Below are positions 9,350 through 19,282 of a DNA stretch of 20,000 nt, one piece after another (positions within the stretch are counted from its first letter, which is position 1; every line of letters begins with the position of its first letter). A program made the translations under genes and the position numbers. The notes beneath the pieces were generated by a model. It saw only the letters and a list, made by a program, of their open reading frames with translations. It did not search any database and was not told the DNA's origin. Origin of the DNA: Folioceros fuciformis (Eukaryota); contig JBNGIO010006079.1 of the NCBI GenBank assembly GCA_049999805.1, forward strand, positions 179,272 through 199,271, read 5' to 3'.

Positions 9350-9416
9350 GTTATGAAATGCCAACATCTGTGTGTGACTCTGTGACACTTGCTGCAGTCA
9401 GGTGCTGCAGAGCTCT

Positions 9417-11365
9417 CTATCTTACAAGGTAAGAGGAGTCAAGGAATCCTATGGCTTCTTTGAATTGCACATGTTTCCCCTTAGGTAGAGCCTTCGTTAA
9501 AACATCTGCAGCATTCGAATCTGTAGGGATATATTCGAGATGCACCTGTCCAGAAGATACTGCTTCACGAATGAAATGATGGTGCACTTCAATATGTTTT
9601 GTCCTCGCATGGAAGACTGGATTTTCAACCAGAGCCAAGGCACCTATGCTATCACAGTGAATTGTAGTAGGCTGCACCTGCTCTTGACCCAAATTTTTTA
9701 GTAGCCTCCGGAGCCATATGGCTTCCTTCGCTGCTTGTGTAAGAGCATAATACTCTGATTCAGTCGAGGACAACGAAACTGTGGTTTGCTTTTTCGAAGA
9801 CCAGGTTATGGCACCGCCTGCCAGAAGAAAAACATAAGCCGACATTGACTTCCTGGAGTCAGAATTTGCTGCCCAGTCAGCATCACAGTACCCTATCAAA
9901 GTAAGTGGCTCTCCTTTATGATGTTGCTTTGTATAATGAATGCCGTGACTACTTGTACCCTTCAGGTACCGTAGGATCCTTTTAACGGCAGACCAGTGTG
10001 TTCTGCCAGGTTGCTTAAGGAACTGTGAAGTAGTACTAACTGGCAACGCTATGTCTGGTCTCGTGTTATTGGAGCAGAAAATCAGCGAGCCAACGGCCTG
10101 TGCATAAGGTACGTCCTGCATTTCCTGTTTTTCTGAATCAGTCACTGGTGAATGCTCCAGTGTGAGTTTACTACCTGCTTCCATAGGAGTTGCAGCAGGT
10201 TTAGCCTCCGTGAGCTTATACTTATGTAGCATATCAAAGATGTATTTTTCTTGATGGATAACCAGTGTGCCACTGGACTTATCTCGCAGGAGTTGAGTAC
10301 CCAAACAGTAAGAGAGTTCCCCAACATCCACCATATCAAATCTGCCAGATAAGAGACCTTTAACTCGGTTGATACCTTCAAGATTAGTACCAAGTAGAAT
10401 ACAGTCGTCTACGTACAAAGCTAACACCACATAGCCTGTCTCCTGTTGCAGGAAGTACACATTAGAATCTGCATCACTCTTCTTGAAGCCGAGGTCACGT
10501 AGAAACTCATCAATGCACTGGTACCAAGCCCTTGGTGACTGTTTTAGACCGTAGATAGTTTTCAATAGTCTGCAGACCCAGTCCTCACGTCCCTTAGCTT
10601 CATAACCTTCTGGCTGCTGCATATAGATCTCTTCTTCCAGCTTACGATGCAAAAACGCAGTCTTCACATCCATTTGATGGATGAACAAGCTGAAAAATGC
10701 AGACATAGCAAACAGGGCACGTAGGGACTGTGCCTTAACAACGGGGGAGAAAGTGTCATTATAGTCGAGCCCTGGGACTTGAGAGAAACCCCTAGCCACA
10801 AGGCGAGCTTTGTACCTCGCTATAGTTCCGTCAGCCTTATACTTGAGTTTAAACACCCATTTGCTGCTGACAATCTTCCTCCCCTTAGGCGGGGGACAAA
10901 GCTCCCAAGTCTGATTGTGGATAAGAGAGTCATACTCGGAGGTAATAGCTGCAATCCAATGACAAGAGTCGGGACCTGTGACTGCGTCCTCGTAGGATTG
11001 AGGTTCATAGCCAGGTTGGACAGTGACATGGACAAATTCTCCCACTATCTCATTCGGGTTCACTCCCACTGCCCGAGGCACTCTCCTAGTACGCCAGTCC
11101 TTAGCCTCATAGGGTTGTTCAAGCCATTGGTCTCGTCCACGATGCACCCTTGCAGACCTTCTAGGCTGAGGAGGCATCACATACTCTACAGGGTCATCAA
11201 CAACAAGTTCAGAATCATCAGCTGGAGGGGATTCAGGCACACCATCGAAGGGATCATCTTCTTCAGCTAAATCTGAAGCAGCAGCAGGTGATCCAGGAGG
11301 ATCCAGTGGAGGAACAGGGAGAGAATCTGGTGGGAGAGCAGGAGGAGGGTCTGGTGGGAGAGCAC
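9417..11365 (-). pseudogene. Copia pol: Pro-rich linker, reverse transcriptase and RNase H
   Basis: KWVFKLK, YKARLVARGFSQVPGLDY..TFSPV, QMDVKTAFLH, YGLKQSPRAW, LYVDD, YCDADWA, SSTESEY, HARTKHIEVHHHFIRE, ADVLTKAL. Confidence 0.96.
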
Positions 11366-12346
11366 CTAATCTGGAGGATCTGTGACATCAGAAGCATCAA
11401 AAACAGGAAAGTCTACAATATCTGTAGGCTCTGACTCATCTGACTCAGTGTAAACAGGATGTTTAGGAGTGGGATAAGTATCTGCATCTGACAAATCAAC
11501 AGGGAGATCAGCAGGAGGTGTAAGGACAGAGCGCTCATCAAACGCCACAGTGCGAGCATGAGACACTTTACGAGAAACTGGATCAAACAGTTTATAACCA
11601 TGAACTCCAGGTGTGTAGCCGATAAACACATGTCTTTTTGACTTGAAAGAAAATTTCTTCCTAAGCTTGTCTGGTATATGTGCATAGGCTATACTACCAA
11701 AGACACAAAGGTGGGAAATATAAGGCTTTACTCCTGTCCACGCTTCAAAAGGAGTTACATGTGATAAGGAAGAAACAGCTATCCTGTTCTGCAAGTAAGT
11801 AGCAACTTGAACAGCCTCTGCCCAGAAACGTATAGGTAGCCTCCCCTGAAAAAGTAGAGCCCTGGCAGCATCTTGTATTGTTCGATGTCTACGTTCTTCT
11901 ATTCCATTCATATCAGAATGATAAGGAATAGTTAGCTGCCTTGTGATGCCACGTTCCTGACAGAAATCTTGAAAAGCCGAGGATAAGTATTCCTTCGCAT
12001 TATCAGATCTTAAACTCTTCAGCTTACGCCCTGTCTGACGTTCAACATATGCCAGGTATCTTTTAAAACTGTCAAACACATCACTTTTATGCTTCAGCAA
12101 CTCAGTGAATGTAAAGTGAGTTTTATCATCTTCAAAGAGAACAAAATACTTGGCACCTCCCCAACTTGGTGTGGACATAGGGCCACAAATGTCTGAATGA
12201 ACCAAGTCTAACACTTCTGTCTGTCTCCGTGGTTTGCCAGATCCAAAGTGAGATTTAAACTGTTTCCCATGAACACATGCAACACACAACTCCAAATCTG
12301 GTAAGTCAGAATCTGTAAAACCTGTAACCATCTTGTCCTTCAACAA
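11366..12346 (-). pseudogene. Copia pol: integrase, frameshifted at both ends
   Basis: CVAC of the HHCC finger, VHSDICGP, LRSDNAKEY, NGIEERR (DDE) and the GKGY-like VHGYKLFD. An apparent 1-bp deletion near 11368 (GAT TAG instead of GAT TTA GGT) shifts it out of the RT frame. Confidence 0.95.
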
Positions 12347-13845
12347 ACCATCTTGTCCATCATGGCTTTAATGTTTGGATGTCCAAGCCTGCAGTGCCAT
12401 CTGAAGGCAGCGTATGATTTACTAGATGCAGACTCCACTACCTGGGCTGATGATGGTTGGACATCTGAGACAAAATCTAGGATATACAAGTCATACAGGG
12501 GAGTACCACGAGCTATGACATCTGAAGGTGAATTCAGCCTAGTGATAACATACTCTAAACCTTCAAACAAAATGTTGTACAGACCTGTTTTTCCTAAGGC
12601 CATAGTACTAACAAGATTTTTCTTGAGTGCAGGGACATGGAGTACATTCTCTAACTCCCATGTCTTCCCGTTCTTTAGAGTAACTATCACTGTACCTATA
12701 CCTCTAATAGGTATATGAGAATTATCTCCTAGAACAACAGCATGTTGACAAGGTAACTGTCTATAACTTACAAATGACTTCTTAGAAGAGCACATATGAT
12801 TAGATGCACCACTGTCTAAGAACCACTGATTTTTGTCCTTTGACACTGAGGACAGACAAGCCACAAGCAAACCAGGTGTTGTAGCTCTTGCCACATTTGA
12901 TTCATGCTGCTTTCCTTTTCCAGCATCATCTCTTTGCTTAGCCCTGCAATCTCTAACCCAGTGACCTGGCTTGTGGCAGTAATTGCACACACCAGGCTTC
13001 TTCCCGGGCTGCTGTGAGCTGGAGCTGGAATCAGGTCGGGATGCTTGTCCCCTGCCCCTTCCAAATCCTCCACGCCCACGCCCCCTTCCTCTGCCGCGAC
13101 CTCTGCCGCGGCCAGACCAAAGTGCAGTATCACTTTGCTTATGGGATGAGCTCGACGAACCCTTGCCAGTCATATGCTTCCTGTTGGCTTCTGCTTGAAG
13201 CAGGGCTCCAACTAGCTTTTGTACAGTCAAGGATGTCGTTGCTGGGGTTGTTGCAGTTGCTGGAGTAACAGTTGCTGTTGCTTGAATACTTGTGCTCCAA
13301 GTTTCATAGCTTGGAGGAAGGGCCAACAAGAACTGTACAGCTGCTCTACTCTCATCAATGATGACTCCGCATGCTGCAAGTCGTGCTGTTGCTGCCCTGA
13401 ACTTTGCAACAAAGCTTTCAACTGACTCATTTTCTTTCATGTGCAAATTTTGCCAGTGGTTGGTGGCGGCTCCCACTGAAATCAAATCCTTTGCTTCATA
13501 GGTATCATTCAACAATGTCCAGACTTCATGTGCATGCTTGGCCATCTTGATATGAGGAATCATTTCTTGTGAAACTGAACCAACAAGAATTGTCTTTGCT
13601 TTTCTATCCTTATGACTCCATTCTAACGCATCCTTCTGCATCCATAGTACAGGGTTCGTCCCCCCTGGTGTCATCATACCAGAGGGCTGCCCAGCCAACC
13701 TTTTTGGAATGGTGCCGTCAGTGACTTCCATCAGAAGTCTTTCTTCAAGAATTGTACGAACCCTAAATGACCAAGCATCAAAATTGTGTGGAGTAAGGCG
13801 ATCCTTCTCCTGTAGGCGATCAGAGGTCTAGTCTGCTGTCGCCAT
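12340..13845 (-). pseudogene. Copia gag, protease and pre-integrase region
   Basis: ATG 13845 gives MATAD*TSDRLQEKDRLTPHNFDAWSFRV, with a premature TAG at 13830-13828 in frame with ORF 13731-12340. Contains FLLALPPSYE, a (GR)n tract, zinc knuckle CNYCHKPGHWVRDC, protease WFLDSGASNH and WHCRLGH. Confidence 0.94.
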
Positions 13846-13859
13846 TTTACTCAGCTTTC

Positions 13860-14423
13860 TTATGAAGGGAAGGACCTCAGATCAGCAAGCTGCTGTCTGA
13901 GATTAGTAATATCTGATGCATGGTTCTTCACTTCCAATTCCAGACCTACTGCTGAAACTAACTCAGATTCCCGCTGTTTCTCCAGACGATCTAAACGAGA
14001 TGTTAGAAGGTCCACACGTCTGGAAGTCTCCAAGACAGCGGACTTAACATTCAGCAGTGAATTAAGAAGTACATCAAATTGCTTTAAATCAAAGTGCTTC
14101 GAATTATCTTGTACAGGAAAAGGAAGTTGACAACATCTACAAGTAGCAGGTAACTGGGGTAATCGGCAAGATGAATCTGGTGCAAACTGCCTGCCTGGAA
14201 CTGCAGATTGATGCGCTCCCACTTGACTGGAATTATAGGTTTCAAGAAACGTCTGCAGAAACCGTACTCGCTCCTCTTGCTGTGCTTGTGAAAGCACGTT
14301 CTTGAAATAAAGGTTCTCAAATTGAACTCCGAAATCTTGTATTTCTAATGTTGGCGTCGCAAGACATCGACCCTGCCTACTTGCTGATGTCCAATGATTC
14401 CTGCAAACGCCTTTCCTCGGCAT
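13860..14423 (-). CDS. Extra 187-aa ORF between PBS and gag, with a predicted C-terminal coiled coil; function unknown
   Basis: Intact ATG-TAA ORF inside the element. Heptad-like pattern LLNSLLNVKSAVLETSRRVDLLTSRLDRLEKQ...ITNLRQQLADL. It ends 14 nt before the gag ATG, in a different frame. Confidence 0.65.
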   Translation of the reverse strand: MPRKGVCRNHWTSASRQGRCLATPTLEIQDFGVQFENLYFKNVLSQAQQEERVRFLQTFLETYNSSQVGAHQSAVPGRQFAPDSSCRLPQLPATCRCCQLPFPVQDNSKHFDLKQFDVLLNSLLNVKSAVLETSRRVDLLTSRLDRLEKQRESELVSAVGLELEVKNHASDITNLRQQLADLRSFPS

Positions 14424-14563
14424 CGTGCCGGTTCCGCATTAGCAAATGCCTATTCTGCTCTTTTCTCTAATGAGAATTATTCATAATCCAAGAAACACCA
14501 TTATCAAGTCCTCCCCACATTAAATCTAAGAGGAAGTAAAGAGCAGAAAGGCATGGATCAGCA

Positions 14564-14577
14564 TGGCTCTGATACCA
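14564..14577 (-). other. Primer binding site complementary to the 3' end of tRNA-iMet
   Basis: Minus strand TGGTATCAGAGCCA, 3 nt inside the 5' LTR end. Confidence 0.95.
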
Positions 14578-14580
14578 AGC

Positions 14581-14769
14581 TGAGATTATAAACAATACCA
14601 AAGAAGCAAGAGCAGAAAGGCAATAGCAATCATTATGTGTAAGAAGACCTACAAATATGTCAAGGGACATAAGTAGTTATAACTGCTAGTCTATCCCTAA
14701 CTACCTAAGATGTAACCCTAAGTACATACTAACAATGTATATAATAAGTAATTATTATTTTTCCTAACA
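14581..14769 (-). repeat. 5' LTR (189 bp)
   Basis: Direct repeat of 7983-8171, adjacent to the PBS. Confidence 0.96.
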
Positions 14770-15162
14770 CAGGAGATGTAACAGGAATTGCTAAGGGCCC
14801 AGGAATAGGAGGCGGCTGCAGTGGAAAAAGTGCAGAAACTGGCGCACACGTATAAGCGGGAACGAGACAAAGCTCGAAGTCGGGTGAAGGGAAAAGGAAA
14901 GGCTAAGCGAAATAGCCAAACTACGACGGAGGTAGCCGAAGAGGCGACCGGTCAGAGAGAGACCACGCCGGTAGAGGAAAGCCTAACCAAGGTAGAAGAG
15001 GCAGCAACTATCGAAGAGCCTGCAACCGGCAGAGCTGGAATGGCAACCCGCACCAGGAGGACGGGGCAGGGCAGAGCGGCATCTAGAGGGATGGAGGATC
15101 TCCCAGTGCCACTAAAGAGCAGAAGACAGGCAGTTTGGGATAGCCCACGGGAGGAGGGGTAA
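14770..15162 (+). pseudogene. Remnant of a coiled-coil/basic/low-complexity accessory ORF, 5'-truncated by the Copia LTR
   Basis: Reads QEM*QELLRAQE*EAAAVEKVQKLAHTYKRERDKARSRVKGKGKAKR... from the LTR junction. The TAA and TAG stops are consistent with CAA/CAG deamination. Confidence 0.55.
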
Positions 15163-15951
15163 GCACCTCATCCGCAGCAGAAGGCCAGATTGTATTGCAG
15201 CATCCGGATGAGGCAACTTATGTTCCTGGCCTTTATGTGGATGGGGACCGTGTGCTAAACTTAACTGTCCATGTGCGTGTGGAACTAGGAGGGACAAGGA
15301 CCTACTGCCTGCAACTGAGGACTCGCAGGGGATCCTTCTTCCACTATTGTTGAGTGTGGAGATTGCCCCCTTACTATTCGAAGGCAGTCTTGGAGGAATT
15401 AAAGGGGGAGGAAGCACGCACATGGGTGGAGCGAGAGCCCGTGATGGTCCTCAGCAATAGGCGAATGGAGGGAGGAAGGAGCACCCCTCAACGAGGCCCA
15501 CCCATGCCGCCACTGGAAGGGTCAAGCAGCAGTGGTGAGGTGGAAATCTTGTGGGAGGATTTGTTTGACCAAAGGTGAGGGAGGAGGGCTCGAGGTTGGC
15601 GGGCGAGAGGAGCACGACGACCGGATAGGAGGCAAGCGCGGCGATAGAATAGGCCATAGTTATTACATCTTAGAATAGTATACTGTAGGATCTGGAGAAA
15701 ATGCTTTCTTGGACCTAATGCCACTCATAATTAAGAGCGCTTGCCTGTTCGCAGACTAGAATTAATGGCGGCTGCGGACCCGCCATCGCGTACAAGAGGC
15801 CTGTTGGCGCCTCACTGAGCAGTGAGAAATTGACATTCCAACCTGTGGGACCTTGGCAATGGTCGCTGCAGGATAGGAAGATTCGGGCAGATGAGTGCAT
15901 GCAGCGTTCCCGGGTGAAGGTGTGGGCGATTTCTCTGCTCCACGACGGGGG

Positions 15952-16523
15952 TATCGGGGATGAATCGGGGGAACATCTCGCTGAGTGGAAGGCAAACTTC
16001 CCCTATTCCTGGTAATCTATGGTGTGTGTCGCAATAGGAGTGAAGGGGAACGAACCCGCCCTATGCGGAGTGGAAGGAGAACGATCCTTCCCTTATTCCC
16101 TGGATCGACAGAGCTGTGACTTGCGGTTGAGGTGAGGGGGACGAATCCGCCCATGAGCGGAGTGGAAGAAGGGGTGCCTGCTTCCCTTATTCCCTGACTC
16201 TTCAACTGCTCTTCAAATACAGTGGTGAGAAGTGAGCTGAGGTGAAGACTGACTATGCGTTATTGTCGAGGGAGGGAAACGAATCCACCGACTCACGGAG
16301 TGGAGGGAGATTTCCTCCTTCCCTTATTTCCCGATTGTCGGTTGCAACCTAGTCCTAGTGTTGGTGTGAGTGAGTGTTGAGATATGATCGTGTAAGAAGG
16401 TGAGAAGTGAAGGAACGAGTGAGTCGAGACGAAGAAAAGTGAGTCACATCGTGGCCTAGGTGAGGGAGACGAATCCGCTGACCCACGGAGTGGAGGGGAA
16501 GTTTCCCTTCCCATATTTCCTGA
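15952..16523 (+). repeat. Five dispersed copies of a ~60-nt motif GGGRRAY-GAA-YCC/TCG..GA-GT-GGARG..TTCC-CHT-ATTYC, a predicted three-way-junction RNA
   Basis: Copies at 15952-16014, 16045-16101, 16136-16195, 16274-16332 and 16464-16521. The junction nucleotides are conserved; the stems vary but keep pairing. Confidence 0.8.
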
Positions 16524-17221
16524 ACTATTGGCGGCGAACAAGTGTGCTGTGAGACTGAGTGTTTGAGGAGAGAACTAAGATTGAGACGAGATTGCTGGAG
16601 ATTTCTAGGACGCTGTGAAACACTGTTAAGAGTTAGTGGTGTGAAGAATCGCTGAGAAACCACTGGGGAATCGTGGACGCTACTGAGGGTTGGAGATGTT
16701 TGGGAGTGAGTTTGTGAGGAGTAGCTGTGCGTTGGAGGTTGGGTGTGTGCTGAAAGCACTGTGTGGGTGTGAAGTGTGGGGGGTGGTCGCCCAACAGGAC
16801 CGGTTTGTTAAAGTGTGTATCTGTGGGTGTGAGGAGTGTTCAACAAACCCGACCCGCGACTCAGGGGATTCTTGGCAGAAGCCCGTGGGTAGAAACCCGC
16901 GGTGGTACCTGCGCCGACATATGTTAGTTAGGGCTTTGGGTGGGACCCACCACGGTAGTGGAACCCGCTATTAGTTGTGGAAACCCCAATCGGTCGTGGA
17001 GGTGCGGATGGTCGTGGAGACCCCAACCGCAGTTGTTGAGTAGGGACCAAAGTTGTAGAGCTGGGACCGCGGTAGCTAGACTAACTGGGGGTAGTGGTAG
17101 TTGAACTGATAGGTAGTAAGGCAGTAGTAGACAAGGTTTGACCTAGGCAAGAGTCAGTATTAGAAGAAATCTATGTTACTTGGCACAAATCATTCCCTTG
17201 GGATCGAATCCCACGGCTACA

Positions 17222-19282
17222 ATGACATAGAGGGTTTGTGTGGACCTCGCGATGTCCTTGGACACAATATTTTCCTCCACATACTGTATGTACAGAATAG
17301 GGAGGCTCCTTCCACTCATGCATGGGTCAACAAATTCGAGTAGAGCGACGAGGTGATGGGGCTACCTTGGCTGATTCAAGCTCTACAATGGGTGTAGTGA
17401 TAGGCTCAACTAAAGAAGTGTCTGTGTTAGGAATAACTAAAGAGTCACTTTCATCACAAGGGTCTGCTGAAGATGGTGGAGGTGTTGGAAGGTGCAGCAC
17501 TTCTGAAACCTTTCATCTTCGCCATCATCATAATTGGAAACCGAAACTATTTCCGTTGACTCCTAAGAAGAAGAAGCATCCTTGTCGTCAAAGAAACTAA
17601 CCTTATCAGTATCTGTAAGGGCTGAGTCTTCGATGCCATGAATAAAAGAAGGAACAGGGGTAGCATCCAGAAGCAAGGCAACAGTATGATGGCGAAGAAG
17701 AGCAGTGTCGTGGAAAACCACACTCCGAGATAAAGTAAGTTGATGGGTGACAGGGTTGAACAACTTATAGCCCTTCACCTCTTTTGAATAGTCGAGAAAA
17801 ACATGTCTGGATGCCTTGGGATCAAGCTTGGAACGCAGTGCTAGAGGAATGAGAGCATAGGCAGGGGCACCGAAAATTCGTAGGTGTGGAACTCGGGCTT
17901 CTTGCATGTCCATCTTTCAAAAGGGGTCACGGGACCAAGCTCCTTTGTTGGCAGTCGATTCTATACATAGTTGACGGCCATCAAAGCTTTGGCCCAATAC
18001 CCAAGGGTAAGTCCAGCAAAAGATAGAGAAGCCAAAGTAGATTCCTATAAAGTTCTATTTTTGCGTTCCGAGAAAGCATTCTGCTCTGGAGTATAGGGAA
18101 CTGTCAACTGGTGAAGGATTCCTTCCTGTGCATAGAATGATGCAAATGCATGACTGGTGTACTCACCACCATTGCCCATTCGCAGAATTCAAACCTTACA
18201 AGAAGTCTCGAGTTGAGCATAGCGAACATAGGACTTGAAGCAGTCAAAAGCTTCACTTTTGTGTCGGAGTAAGAAAACCACATAGTATCTGCTCCACTCA
18301 TCGATGAAGGTCAAGAAATAGTCTGCTCCTCCAAAAGAGCTGGTGGACATGGGACCACATATGTCGCTATGCACAGTGTGAAGCAAGCCATCAGCACGGC
18401 TAAGGGCCATATCCTTAAAGGGCAATGAATGTGCTTTACTCAATTGATAGGCTTCATAGAAGGCATTCTTATCGAAAGAGAATTCCAGAGGCTCATGATA
18501 ACTCTCACCTTTGACAAGAGAATTGAGATGTTGGAAGTTGACATGTCTAAGATGACGGTGCAACAATTGTGTGGAGGGTACCTCTGTGGTATGAATTGAC
18601 TGAGTAGTACCTATTACAATCTTGACGTTCAGGAGGTATAAGTCATGAGAAGGTGAGCCTGAGAAAAGATCATGCCCTAACCTGGAGCTTGTGACATAAC
18701 ACCCTTGCTGATCAAAACACACTTGGCAGTGATGTTCCTGTGACAACTTTAGGACAGACATCAAGTTCTTAGTCATTGAAGGGACATAAAGAACATTTGT
18801 GAGTGTAAGTCTAGAAGAGTTAGGCAAGGAAACGATGGCTGAGCCTGAGCCTTTGATGGAAAGTCCACTATCGTCTCCCAGTAAGACAAACTGTTTTGCA
18901 TTAGCAGCAAGAGTGAAAGAAGAGAAGGCATGCCTATGAAAGCAAATGTGACTTGTGGCTCTAGAGTCAAGAAACCATGTGTCATATTGTACTTGTGTAG
19001 ACGACAGGCAAATTGCCATGATAGTGGGCTGCTTAGCCTTGCTAGTGGTGACGTTGCTTTCTGGAGGATGATCGTGTCTAGGCTCTCCTCCTTTCTTCTT
19101 ACGGCAGTCTCGTTCATAATGGCCAGGTATCTTGCACCAGTTGCAAACAAAGGTCTTCTTAATGATCACATCACGTTGTGGGTTTGTATAAGAACCACGT
19201 CCTCTACCACGCCCACAAAAGCCACCTCGGCCTCTTGATGTGAAGAGTACTCTGGTGTTGCTGGAAGTGGAGCCCTTAGGCT
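17222..19282 (-). mobile_element. Older degenerate Ty1/Copia fragment (gag C-terminus, protease, integrase, linker), truncated at both ends
   Basis: RGRGG tract, zinc knuckle CNWCKIPGHYERDC, WFLDSRATSH, VHSDICGPM, RSKLDPKA...KGYKLFNP and RRSTR. Several frameshifts and stops. RT, RNase H and LTRs are absent. Confidence 0.92.

Larger units (their letters stand above)
7983..14769 (-). mobile_element. Ty1/Copia LTR retrotransposon (6787 bp) with both LTRs, disabled gag-pol and two extra ORFs
   Basis: 189-bp TG...CA direct repeats, tRNA-iMet PBS, PPT, and domain order gag-PR-IN-RT-RNaseH on the minus strand. Confidence 0.97.
14770..17221 (+). mobile_element. Segment of an unclassified (possibly Ty3/Gypsy) LTR retroelement: accessory ORF remnant, long structured non-coding region and probable LTR end ...GGCTACA
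   Basis: It abruptly interrupts Copia-2 coding sequence at 17221/17222 with a CA terminus, has strong G-rich strand skew and carries a decayed ORF. No RT or IN is present, so class and orientation are inferred. Confidence 0.55.

Noticed and set aside
14301-14321. ENLYFKN, resembling a TEV protease site, in the extra ORF
   Set aside because: Lacks the required Q-G/S; a chance match, with no vector sequence nearby.
15952-16523. CRISPR array, tRNA/SINE, hammerhead or HDV ribozyme as the explanation of the repeats
   Set aside because: Eukaryotic context, degenerate repeats and irregular spacing; no cloverleaf or A/B boxes, no CUGANGA/GAAA core and no HDV nested pseudoknot seen.
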